From Hydrolagus colliei (taxonomy: Eukaryota): a stretch of 64,000 nucleotides of DNA. Each line of letters begins with the position of its first letter. Position 1 is the stretch's first letter. This document shows positions 1-11,768 of the stretch, piece after piece. The notes beneath the pieces were generated by a model. It was not told the origin of the DNA, searched no databases, and worked only from the letters and a program-made list of their open reading frames with translations. The stretch covers positions 46,252,001 to 46,316,000 of the forward strand of contig CM068742.1 in the NCBI GenBank assembly GCA_035084275.1, read 5' to 3'. The position numbers were made by a program, and so were the translations under genes.

Positions 1-2230
1 GAAAGGGAAAGATCGACACTGTAATCTAAAGAGGCGTTCAGTGGTTCAAACTTCATCAGAGTCGGTGTGCTCTGGTTCCAGATAATGTTCGAGATCAGTT
101 CCGTCTATATCTAGTTGTTTTATCTGTACATCTGACTTCTTATTGATCCGTTTCGATACGGGTGCAGCAGCCAGTCAGTCAGGCAGTCAGTCGCTCCCAG
201 TCTCTTTTAATTACAGCCGGAAAATATTTCACAACAATCAGCAACTAGTCTGCTAATTCACTAAGTTCCTTGATTCACCAATGACTGTCAGGAGAGAGCC
301 ATGCTTAGTTTACACGGGTATTCATTCAAACTGCTGAAGTGACATTGTTTTAGTCGGTGGGAGGGGAGGGGTGTGTGTGTGTGGGGGGGGGGGGGGGGGG
401 GGGGAGAGAGAGAGACAGGCAGATTGCAATGCACGATACACGATTGTTCTCGTCCTTTGCAAAAGGGGGAGAAACCAAACATGTTTGTGGAATGAGTATT
501 CAGATTGAGGGTAAATGTTCACAAAGCGGGCCTGGGCAGGTCGCCCCTCTCTCTGTCTGCTGGCAGCTGTGTGTTGGCGAGGCTGTCGGAGCGGTTCGGT
601 TTTATTGTCAGGTTTACCAGTGTCTCAAAGGTAGATGGCAATAATCTCCAGCGCCTGGCTCAGCTGATACAGTGGGACTGGCAGAGGCTCGAGCTCCACA
701 ATAGGCCAGAGACCAGCTCTGCAGCGAATATGTCTGAGCCTTTCGGAAGAAATCTCCACACATATTTATTGATATATTTTTAAAGAAAAGAGCAAGGGCG
801 CCAAGGAACCGTGCACGTGGGTTCATCAGATTTATTTTCTCTGCAGATCTAAGTTACGATAACGTGGCTCGCCGTTACTTTCTCCAAAAATCCGCATCCA
901 AACAAACCTGTACATTATTGTGAAAGTATTAAAAGAACACTCGTGTTTTCTCTGAGCAGACCTGAAGGCGCTTGAGGGTTATTTCTTTAATGCAACGAGT
1001 TTCTTTTTAACGTGTGTGTGTGTTTAAAAAAAGTGTCCAGCTCGTAATAAGCAGAACGCGCGAATGTTTCTGGAGGTTGGGGCTGGCGTTGGTATTTTGT
1101 TCATGACTTCTCTTTCGTCCGAAAGACTGTCCTTGGTGTTTCACTGGGGGTAGAGGAGCAATTTCAAGCATTAGCTGCGACCAGTTTAAGCTTAGCCCGT
1201 CTCATAAGCGATTCTCTTTCATCTCATCACAGAGAAATACAGGGGTTTTTTTTTTTTAAATCGCTATTGAGCGACAACAAGCTTCAAACTTGCCGCCGCC
1301 ACGCACGTCAGATCATTTCTAGTGAATATTCATGGCCATTTATTACACGAGAGTGTTAAGTGACCAAGCGGCGATTAATGCAGACAGGAGAAGCATTTGT
1401 ATTGCAAACACCTTTCGTGTCACAAGTGATATTGGCACAAGACTGAATGTCGGTGTGATGTAACGTGATTTTTTCTTTAATCAAGGTTCTTAAATGTTAT
1501 GCAACCGAAATGACTGCAGCTGTCGCAACAGAACATAAACTAATCTCTTTTAACTTCGTGGCTATTTTACAGGTTGAGTAGACCGGATACATCCGTATAC
1601 TGAAACCTAGTGCCAAAGGAAACGGTAAAACAAAACATATTCTGTACTTCATCTATACAAATGCGTGTGAATTGTGCACAGTGTGACCTAGAAAGTAAAC
1701 GTTTAGCAAAAAAAAAAACCCACACACACATACGGATCTACATTTCACAATTTACATTGGTCGATTGTGTCATGAAAATAGATGATGTTTAATGCACGTG
1801 TAGTTACTGTACAGAGGTACTCCAGTCTTACGTCAAATTACAGTGGGCTACAAAACACACACAAGTCAGCCATAATAATTGCACTTGAAACGCGAATATT
1901 CAAATATAGACCAAAAATACAGTTCAGCAAAGGAAGCCAGGGAGTGTGTGTGTGTTTTTTCCCTCTAAAGCGCTACAGATAGCTATAATTAAATGGCCTT
2001 TTATCATGCGAGATGGGTGTTTTGACTAGTAAGATCTCGCTTTAGTGGTGTGCGGTTTATTCATAAGTATTACACAAAGCTCCAATGAAATGGGTGATTC
2101 CTGCAATGACTCAGTGGTGCTCTCGCTTTAATTAACATCCATTTATCTAAGCCAAAATTAGGACGACAAAATGTCGAATATATGTCTTTGTATTTATAGC
2201 AGAGCTCCCCACCAAGCTCACGTGTGCACA

Positions 2231-2252
2231 AACACACACACACACACACACA
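2231..2252 (+). repeat. (CA)n microsatellite
   Basis: Direct reading. Confidence 0.9.
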
Positions 2253-2509
2253 TTCATTCGCAAGCAATTATGAAATCTGAATATTAAGATGCGTAGTGGT
2301 GGGTACAATTTTTTTCACAGTCACAACGGCATTTCAGCTCCAAACCAGACAATGTGGTGGAACCCATGTGGAGACCTATAAAAAGATGAGAAGACGAGGC
2401 ATGACAATCATGTGCTAATCTGCAGACCACTAATAACATTTCATATAAACCTGGGTGAACACACCGCTGTGGTACAGATACCTGAGGAAAGCGTGTGTCT
2501 GTCTGTCTA

Positions 2510-2538
2510 TGTGTGTTTGTGTGTGTGTGTGTGTGTGT
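2510..2538 (+). repeat. (TG)n microsatellite
   Basis: Direct reading. Confidence 0.9.
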
Positions 2539-5500
2539 TTAACCGAGCTTTGCTCATACAAACGTGGCTGGAATCATGTTTTAAGCAATCGATACCCATA
2601 CTGTACAGTACACCCAAAGGTGATTTATGCGCTTTCTAATATCTTTATTCGTTTGGTCATATAGGATATTTTGAAGGAGCGTGATTTATCAAATTTGTGG
2701 TAGAATAGTCCATCTTCATCATCTGCTTTCTTGGGCAACTTATTTAGAAAGCGTGCAATGAGTATTGCCTAATAGGCGTACACTTGCCGACCTTATTGAT
2801 GCAAACCTGGGCAACGTTTGCTATTTTTAAAGACTGCTTCTTGCATTTTGGAAACATTAATTTAATCGCAAAGGCAATAGAAAATGTGGCTAAAATCATC
2901 CTTTAATACAATAATCTGATGCCTCCTTATTGTATAAAACGCGTATATATATATATAGATATATAGATATGTGTATGTATATATAGTAATAAGACTCCTA
3001 AAAGAAGACTGGCAGGTTTGAAATTGGTAACATCGCTATTGAAAACGAATGTGTACTCATCATCTTGGCTACTGCCACTTCCATTGCCTTTAATTATCAT
3101 TGCTATTAAAACACACCACTGCAAGTGAAAGGCAACCTATGTGACAGGCAGTCATTATTGCTGTAATCGTTTTTGGCAACCTGGCATCTTTTAGTGACGT
3201 TGGCGTCAAAGTTTCTTTCTCTCTCTCTGCAAATGGTGATAGTGAATCTGCTTGAGATGCATTTCGTGGATGAGTTTTGCATGTTCACGTGATGTGAACA
3301 GTCACATATTGAACTCTCACACTATATATATATATATACATATAACTGCAAATAGATACCGGCAACTTATTTTTATTATTTTTAAACTGCGTGTTATCAT
3401 TTTCCCCAACTATGTCTTCGAAGCATTAAGTAATTTAAGTGTACATATAGCTGAAGACTTTGTGACTCAGGGAGAATCATGCTGATATTTGCACAAATTA
3501 TATTCGTCTGCAGAGTGCCATACATAAAGGAACGTGCAAATATCATGCTAACGTCTTACCGATGCCCTGTATTTTGCAGGAGTGCCTACAATGGTCTATT
3601 GCTATGAAAAGTAATACGTGTTTCATACATTTTAAATTGCACTACTCGTGTTGTTTATAAATTATGTATTTTAAAGAAAAATGTAGCACTAAAGCTGCGT
3701 TAGGGGCGTTGGTACATACAGCAGACAGTTTACAGTGTGCCTAAAACATACTACTGTATTGCCATTTTGATGCACAGCACTCACATTTGCTAGTAACATG
3801 GAGACCATCTTATGCAACTGTTATATGTTATTTGATTGTTATATATTTATAGCATTAAATATGTACTTTGCCGTTGAAAAAATGAAAAAAGTGTAGAACA
3901 GAGGTGTTTCCCCGGCTGTCTGTCTGTCTATCTGTCTGTCTGTCAGTCTACTTTGCCTTGCATAAATTGCAATAATTGGACACATTGTCATCTGCTTAAG
4001 AGTCATAGTTAAGCAAGTCCAGGAACATGTCAAAATGGATTGATATAGTTGTACACAATTCACTTTATCACGTTTTAACCCCAATTTGGGATACTGTAGT
4101 TTTGATTCACAAATTAAACTTATTGTCAGTTCGGGGCTTTCATTATCGTCTTGGAGAACGAGGTGTGTTTCACATATCACTTTATGAAATGATTCAGAGC
4201 ATGTAAATTTATTCTCCTGTGGATTATGGCTATCAAGCCTTCATTAAATTCAGCATTGACCTGTCTGCGAAGTAGCTACGCGAATGTTGCAATGAGTGCA
4301 TTGGAAAGCCTTGCCTTAGCTTTTGTCTTCCCTATACTGTATATTATATGTTTATAACTGTTGTACTCTTTGGGTTCAATTATATTTATGTCCTAGTGAA
4401 AAACGCAATAGCAAAAAAAGCTGCCATTTTCATATTTTATTCTACGCTTATTCTTGTTTCACGCGGTATTGTTATTGAATGTGTTGTTACTGTTGGGTTT
4501 CCCACTCTCCTGATATTATAGTCCAGTACTCGGCATTTTGCAAAGCTGTGTAATGAAAACTTTGGCGCAGTTTTGTTATTGGAAAATTAAGGGGAAATCA
4601 AAGATGACGTTTCACACATGCTGCTGCTTCTGATTTGCTGAAATAGTTAAAGATCACCGGCTCTAGTCAAAGAATGTATCTTTTCGGAAAGGATTGTTCC
4701 AATAGGCCTGGTTATAGTTCACCAATTTGGTCTGTGTAAAACGAGCAGGAAATTAACCTCTAATATCTACCAGTTGCTGCACGTGTATAAGCAAACAACA
4801 TGTCTTCGAATAAGCGTTTAGAATATGAAAAACCATCACATCGCTCAAATATTCGGTCAAACAAAAAATGGTTCGGTCAAATGTTTAATTTCAACGCATA
4901 ACATGGCTTATCGAAACGCATCCTCCTGGTGGTAGAATGGAATCTAATACAGACCTGCGGTGTCATATTAATAAATATGTCATATTAATACTAATGTATG
5001 ATCCTTTTCAATGAGGCACCGAAGCTAAACTGTCGCTGTTTCTGTTCGACGTGAGATTTGCCTAGTTTTCCCTAAATTAACTCACTCGTTGAACACTTAT
5101 CTAATTAATCCGCAGATCTGGGGAGTGTTGTGATAGTGTAACGTGAAAGAGAACATTGGACCCAATCAGTGACAAAAGAGCAACGTTTCAGATCGTATCT
5201 TTCTGTTCAGATGAAACTCGTGCACATATATATTATATATCTATATATATATATTTTTTTATATACCTTCGTCTGTTTTACAAAATAATCAGCCTTTACT
5301 CGCCATGCAGTAGGAATGGGAGTCGTGTGTTACAGCTTTTATTAGGCTGTGTTTATTTAATACTAAATACGGAACCATTTCATTTGGAATCACTCGGGTG
5401 TATAGATTTTCTGAATCCCGGTTCAGTGTGTTTTTCTAAACCGGTTGGTCGGGTGTCCGAAAGTCCAGCGAATAGATAGATATGTGTCACAAAATAAAGG

Positions 5501-6365
5501 TCGATATTTGTCATAGGTTGTGCAATGCACGTTTCAGAGAGCGTTCGGCTAACCTGAGAAATAAAGGGAGACGGCAGGCTAGCGTTGGGGATTTTATGTA
5601 ATTTTTTTTACTGCATACATTAAATGTTAAATGGAAACAGCAAAAAAAAACAACAACAACCACCAGGAAACCGCGCGTTACAAGAAAGGCTTGACGAGTT
5701 GAATTCGGTGAACTTTGCATCTCAGATCACATTGCATTGCTGGCGATCATTATTAAGTACATTTTAATTGAGGAATTCCCGACGTATAGGGATCACCAGG
5801 CTACGTTGGGAAGCGATTTTTTTTCTATATAAAAAAACACAGCAGAGCAAATTGTTCATGTAATTGCACATCGACTCACTGCGAAGGGGCTTTCAGATTC
5901 CCAGTCAGTTCCTCGAACACATCAAGGCCCTGTATATATTTCTTTTTGCTGTTGTTTAAAAAGCAATCGTTTGGCGTTGAGGAGGAGGGTGGTTGGGGGG
6001 TGGGAGGGGGGGGCTGTTTGCAACAATATGGGGGAAGAGAAATTCAAGGCAAGAAAAAAAAATGCTTTTTTAAAAAAAAAATGCACGTTACCCAGATCAC
6101 AGACGCTTTTATCTGTTCCAAAGATAGAAAATAGTCCTCCAGTGCTGGGGGTTGGGCACACATCATTTGCAGGAAGGAAGGGGAGGAAAGGCAGGGAAAG
6201 GGAAGGGATGGAGACAGGAGGGCCGCAGTGCTGGTGGTGTGTTATTATGTGTGTGAAAAAAAGGTCTGGCGACAAAATAAAGGTGTTTGAGGTGGGGTGG
6301 GTGGGTGGGTGGGGATGGTAAGAGAATGGTAGTCTCTTTGTTTCCGGAGGGAAGGCGAGCGGGCG

Positions 6366-6970
6366 GGCAGTCTGAGGGCTGGAGCTGAGTGAGGGGCAGA
6401 CAGGCTGAGGGCTGACAGGCTGAGTGAGGCGCAGACAGGCTGAGGGCTGACAGGCTGAGGGCTGGAATCGAGTGATAGCTGGTAGGCTCAGTGAGGGGCA
6501 GGCAGTGGGCAGGCTGGTAGGCTGAGTGAGGGGTTGGCAGGGGGCAGGCAGACTGAGTGAGGGGCTAACAGGCTGGGTAAGGGGCAGGCAGGCTGAGTGA
6601 AGGGCAGGCAGGTTGAGTGAGGGGCAGGCAGGCTGAGTGAGGGGCAGGCAGGCTGAGTGAGGGGCAGGCAGGCTGAGTGAGGGGCAGGCAGGCTGTGAGG
6701 GGCAGGCAGGCTGAGGGGCAGACAGGCTGAGGGGCTGGCAGGCTGAGTGAGGGGCTGGCAGGCTGAGTGAGGGGCTGGCAGGCAGAGTGAAGGGCAGGCA
6801 GGCAGGCTGGCAGGCAGGCAGGCTGGCAGGCAGGCAAGCTGAGTGAAGGGCTGGCAGGCAGAGTGAGGGGCAGGCAGACAGGCAGGCAGGCAGGCAGTGT
6901 GAGGGGCAGGCAGGCAGGCAGAGTGAGGGGCAGGCAGGCAGGCAGGGCGGGCAGGCAGAGTGAGTGAGGG
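6366..6970 (+). repeat. G-rich minisatellite, ~20-bp core GGGGCAGGCAGGCTGAGTGA with (GGCA)n expansions
   Basis: Perfect 20-mers at 6621, 6641 and 6661, with degenerate copies on both sides. Confidence 0.95.
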
Positions 6971-6990
6971 TCTGGTGATCAGCCATGCAG

Positions 6991-7110
6991 ATCAATCAAT
7001 AAACGTGTACTTGAGATTTCTCATGACATCATCATTACCTTGGTCTCCCGCGGTCCGGGACCTTTGACCCTCTCCGGGTTGGTCCAGATTTCGGCACCGC
7101 ATTCCCAATG
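6991..7110. promoter_or_regulatory. motif cluster upstream of miR-9 (PBX, CRE-like, DR1, CCAAT)
   Basis: ATCAATCA 6991-6998, TGACATCA 7024-7031, GGACCTTTGACCC 7058-7070 (reverse complement GGGTCA-A-AGGTCC, a DR1), CCAAT 7105-7109. Function is inferred. Confidence 0.5.
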
Positions 7111-7809
7111 ATGGCCCTGATCTCTCTCTCCAGACAAGACACCCCCTCCTCCCTCCCCTCCCTCCCTTTTTAGTAGCAGCAAAGGTGCAATGGTGCGGCG
7201 GCATCTGCTCCCCCCCCCCCCCCCCCCCTCCCTCACCCACCCACCCACCCCAGCTCTTCACAAGCCTTGATGTGGGGGGAACCGATCCTCCTCCTCCCTC
7301 TTCCTTTCCTTCCCTTCCTTCCTTCCTTCCTTCCTCCCTCCTTCCTCCCCCACCACCAAAAAAATATATAATCAACCTGCCATCGCTGCCTGCCATTAAA
7401 AAAATACAGATCGGCAGCAACCGAGGGCCATCGTCGCAATTCAGCAGCTTTTCCTTAATCCTCATGTCAGTTTCGACCACCGAATGGGCGCAAAAAAAAA
7501 CCCAGGAGAGAGGAGAATATTTGCGCTGGCTGCCGTGTGTCTGTAGCTGCTTTTGGATAGTGCTGTTGGCTCAACGTCTTCATACAGGCTTTGTGAGAGT
7601 GAAGCGATTTACAATGCAAATAGAGGCCTGTGAAGGGATGGATGCACCTCACTCTGTAACTCTTGTCCTGAGCATATCAAGACTCACACACCGGCAGGGC
7701 TGCTCTTACCTTGTGTGTCTTTTTTTGTTCCTCTCTCTCTATGATATTAACACCGGGAGCCTGGAGTGCAAATATCGGATGTTAAGTTGCGTGGAAGTTG
7801 GGGAGAAAC

Positions 7810-7912
7810 TTCGAAGGTGGTGGTTGGTGGGGTGGGGAGGGGGTGGGGAGGGGGGGGGGGTGGTGAGGAGGGGGGGAGGTTGGGGGGGGGGGGGGGGAGG
7901 GGAAGGGGGTGA
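7810..7912 (+). repeat. G-run tract with G-quadruplex potential
   Basis: Many consecutive runs of three or more G, ending ~175 nt upstream of the hairpin. Confidence 0.8.
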
Positions 7913-8102
7913 AGGAAAAAAAAATGCACCCTCTCAGCATCAGTGTGTACAGACCAGATGAGTATCTGTGTGAGCCAAGTCCATCTGAAGGAAATAATGA
8001 GGAGGTGAACATGGCGAAATCTATCTAAAGGACACGGATCTGCGAGAGAGCGTGGAAGAAGGTACCAGCCAAAAACGCCAGGATTGAGGAAGCTAGTTGT
8101 TA

Positions 8103-8125
8103 TCTTTGGTTATCTAGCTGTATGA
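8103..8125 (+). ncRNA. miR-9-5p: mature miR-9-5p
   Basis: TCTTTGGTTATCTAGCTGTATGA, identical to canonical miR-9-5p. Confidence 0.98.
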
Positions 8126-8140
8126 GTGTATTTGTCCGTC

Positions 8141-8162
8141 ATAAAGCTAGATAACCGAAAGT
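8141..8162 (+). ncRNA. miR-9-3p: mature miR-9-3p (miR-9*)
   Basis: ATAAAGCTAGATAACCGAAAGT, identical to canonical miR-9-3p. Confidence 0.97.
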
Positions 8163-8205
8163 AAAAACAGCTTCCAGGGGCTTCGTGGAGCTTCAGAGGG
8201 AAAAA

Positions 8206-8240
8206 GAGAGAGAGAGAGAGAAAAGAGAGAGAGAGAGAGA
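8206..8240 (+). repeat. (GA)n microsatellite just 3' of the hairpin
   Basis: Two (GA)n runs separated by AAAA. Confidence 0.9.
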
Positions 8241-11061
8241 AAAAAAGCAAGGGGAAAAGAAAAGAAAACCCATGGAAACACGAAAAGGAAAGAAAACAAC
8301 AATAACGTCAATGCTAAACTCGTTTGAAGTTCAACAGATAGGATGTCTGCAGAGTTCAAAATGACAATTTTCTTAATAAAGGTATTAACAGCGGTTGTTC
8401 TTGTGACAAGAAGGTAATGAATGTCTTCGGTGGTGGGAAAGTATTCTGCAGCGCTGTACTGTGGAGTTAAAAAGTGCATTGCCGGAGCGCTGGGCTGCGA
8501 TCAGATGTGTTTAGCCTTTCAGGGGTTTATGGCCGAAACTTGTGTCGCAACTTTGTCGCTGAAATATTAAACTGCACGAGAGAAAATGGATCCTGATCTT
8601 CCAGTGAACCATTTATTTTTAAAATATATATTTCTGCTCTTTTTTTAGTCTGTGTCGAGCGGGTGATAATGTTGGGGGGGGGGGGGGGGGGGGGAGCGAA
8701 TTGGATAAATAAAATGGGCATTATATTGTATACATAATATATATAGATAGATAAATGGAAAGACTGGCGAGGCGATTCTATGTGCGGTTCAGAAAAACGT
8801 GGGTTATATGCGACAGAACTTTAAAGATGCATTTTATGATTTGGTGCTTGTTGTCACATGCTTTGCTATGAAGAGAGAGAAATACGTGTTAATGTGTACG
8901 CCAGGAGTGCCTGCGTAAATAAACCTGTCTGCCCACGGGGAGGCTATTCAGAGAGCCGATTTCAATAGCAAAATGCAGAACTTAAGAACTGCACGTTAGT
9001 TTTTTTAATTCAAAATGCAAGGACAGATACTTGTCTGGTCCAGCACGGTTTCCTTGAGGAAGGCAGTGAAGCAGAAAGACACGATCCCTCTCCTCCTCCA
9101 CCCCCCCCCCCCCCCCCCCACCCCCTCCCTCCCCTTGTCAAACTGTAAAAAAAAGTCTTAACTCTGCGCCGAGCATTGGAAATGAAACTGACATTTAATG
9201 AACAAGGCGCACGCACGTCGTGCTGAGCACTGCCCACGTGGGCATCTCTCTCTCTCTCTCTCTTTATTTTCCTTCTATTTTTAAAGGATGGTTGGATCTA
9301 TCCAGGAAACAGCGTTGGCATCCCGAGCTGAAATAATTAGGACGTATACAGACGTGGACCGGGGAGGGGTGTGCGGGCTTGAGGCTTGCGCCTAATTGCT
9401 TCCGTTAAACGGAGCGCAAGAGATGTGAACGGCTGGTCGCTCGGTTTCCCACGCTCGGGGGGCAAGTAGCAATGCCGTGCCCGGGCAGCCGATGACAGGC
9501 AGCTGCGATGGGAGTGAAGGAGGGGGAGAGAGGGGGGAGGAGGAGGGGGAGAGGGCGGGGAGTCCGTCAAGTGCAGCAAACTGCCCTCTGTCTCTAAAAC
9601 AAATGTGATGGCATTTCCCACCCACATCCCTCAGCACGCCAGACCGTGCCCTCCCTCCTGGGATCACCGCATGCTCTGGCCCCTAGAACTTCAGGAGTGT
9701 AATCTTCCCAAGTGGACAATGGTTTCACTTAATAGCGGGCTATTATATCCCAACAGGCTAGCCCGCTTTAGAAGGACTTGGAATCCATCAACCTTGCCAC
9801 CGCCTTTTATTTACTCAAATCCCGATAGATGTTGTTCGGTGGCGAGCTGTCTGGCACACGCCCGCCCAACTTTTATTACTGTAATAGCCACCAAGCCACT
9901 TGCTTGTTTACTTAAAGCTATTGTTTGCAACAAACAACGCTGGCATTATAAAAGTGTAAGCAAGTGTTACTGTTTACTGTGTGACTCAGTGCTGCTGTGA
10001 TCACTGTTTGCCCAAAGCCACCGCTTGTGTTTTTTTCTGCAAAAAAATAAGACTTTTTGCATTACGATGCGCACAGTTCTTTCCTGTTAAGTTTTGGGGG
10101 GACGTGCGGTCAAACTAATCGGATGGTGATGTGAAGTTGCAGCTGAAACGGCCACACTATTTCAAAGAAATTGCTGCATTTTAATAATTGTAGAATTCCG
10201 ATGGCAGCCAGAACGCTCAAATGCATTGACCATTGATGTTCAGATGCTGTTTCGCTTCATATAAAAGTCTTGTTTAGTGCGAAAGAGAGAGAGAGTGTGC
10301 AGAAAAATCATAATAGACAAGCTGTTTTGTAATGGAATGCATGACTGCACTGGAACAGCGAACCCGACGTTTTACTTACTGGAGACTTTTCCAACTAAAG
10401 TAGATAGATGGGGGGTAGGTGTGGGAGGAAAACTCGAGATATTGAAAATCTGAAATAAAAATAGCAAATGCTGGATAGATAGATAGATATTCCAACTTCA
10501 ATCGATTAGTTAACTTAATTCAATTGTGTCTTAATGTAACTTGCATTTTGTATTTAGCTTTTCTCAAAATAACACCCTGTCATTGAATAACTCGCAATCT
10601 TTACGCTCATGGTGTAATTTTGAAGTATATTGAGCGTTATTTTCAAACCATATTTAATTGCGTTACTTCTATCCAACCAGATGGCGAGAAATGGAAAAAA
10701 AAATTGTAGCAAGAGCATACGTGGATATATATTTTTGAATGGAGAACAATGGGTTTCAACTATTACAATGCATAAATGAAATGGAGGACGGTGTTTAGCG
10801 TTGATGCTTGCAACTGTTTTTATTTTACAATAATAATGGAATGGTTAACTAATCTTATTTATGTAACTGTGTATAACATGACGATCACTAGGGCGACTTG
10901 ACCAGCTTCACTTTAAATATTCCATATTACGTATGTATTGTACTACTGCAGTGAGAAGACGTTGTCTGCAAATAACTATGCCAACACCCAGTGAAAACAA
11001 GTTGGATGGAAGTTTGCAGATTGCGTGAGTGTGCATGTTTAATAGTGGGAACCAGGGATTC

Positions 11062-11209
11062 NNNNNNNNNNNNNNNNNNNNNNNNNNNNNNNNNNNNNNN
11101 NNNNNNNNNNNNNNNNNNNNNNNNNNNNNNNNNNNNNNNNNNNNNNNNNNNNNNNNNNNNNNNNNNNNNNNNNNNNNNNNNNNNNNNNNNNNNNNNNNNN
11201 NNNNNNNNN
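11062..11209. other. assembly gap
   Basis: Run of N. Confidence 1.
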
Positions 11210-11768
11210 AGCACCCTTACAATGCCGAGTCATTATACTTTTGCTGAGAGAAAATTTGAGAACACAATATGGGTAACCATTGAATGACCACATCTCATTG
11301 TGCCAGCTTAAGTCGATTGAAATCTACGTCTAGTGCTATGAATGGTTGCATTGTTTCCCTATTGGGTCTGTACTAAATGTCAACGCATTGCATAGAAAAA
11401 ACCTGCAGTCTGCAAATATCTGTACAAATTTCAGTTTTGATATTTTCACAAATTCTCACCAGAAGCAATGTCGCTGTTTAAGTTTTCTCTTAAATGGAGG
11501 GAATGTTGAACGCGTGGCTGCTTTAACGTGGGGTTTCGATAAAAAATGTATTTCTACTAGAATATGTATGCATTTAAGTTGGGTAGCGCCTTTTTTTCAC
11601 TGTTTGTTGGGAATTTACTGAATTAATAAGTTGGGTATTTTGCTTTAATAAATTTAATGAGATTAGCAATGTTTTTTTGCAGCATAAGGATAAATGTACA
11701 ATAAAATCACAATTGTGCTTTTAAGGCATATGATTTAAACCACGTTAACAATGCAGACCATTTTTAGC

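Larger units (their letters stand above)
8088..8175 (+). ncRNA. mir-9: pre-miR-9 hairpin (miR-9-2-like paralogue)
   Basis: Contains exact miR-9-5p and miR-9-3p sequences, closed by a basal stem GGAAGCT (8088-8094) / AGCTTCC (8169-8175). The 5' flank GGAAGCTAGTTGTTA and loop start GTGTATT resemble human mir-9-2 more than mir-9-1 or mir-9-3 (from memory, so the paralogue call is less certain than the family call). Confidence 0.98.

Noticed and set aside
5922-6995. 357-aa minus-strand ORF
   Set aside because: Translation of the minisatellite (PAC/LPA repeats). It is stop-free because of composition and has no domain.
7185-7961. 258-aa plus-strand ORF upstream of miR-9
   Set aside because: Dominated by poly-Pro and poly-Gly from homopolymer tracts. 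No recognisable protein.
9631-9650. RE1-like TCAGCACGCCAGACCGTGCC
   Set aside because: Mismatches in the critical GGACAG half-site.
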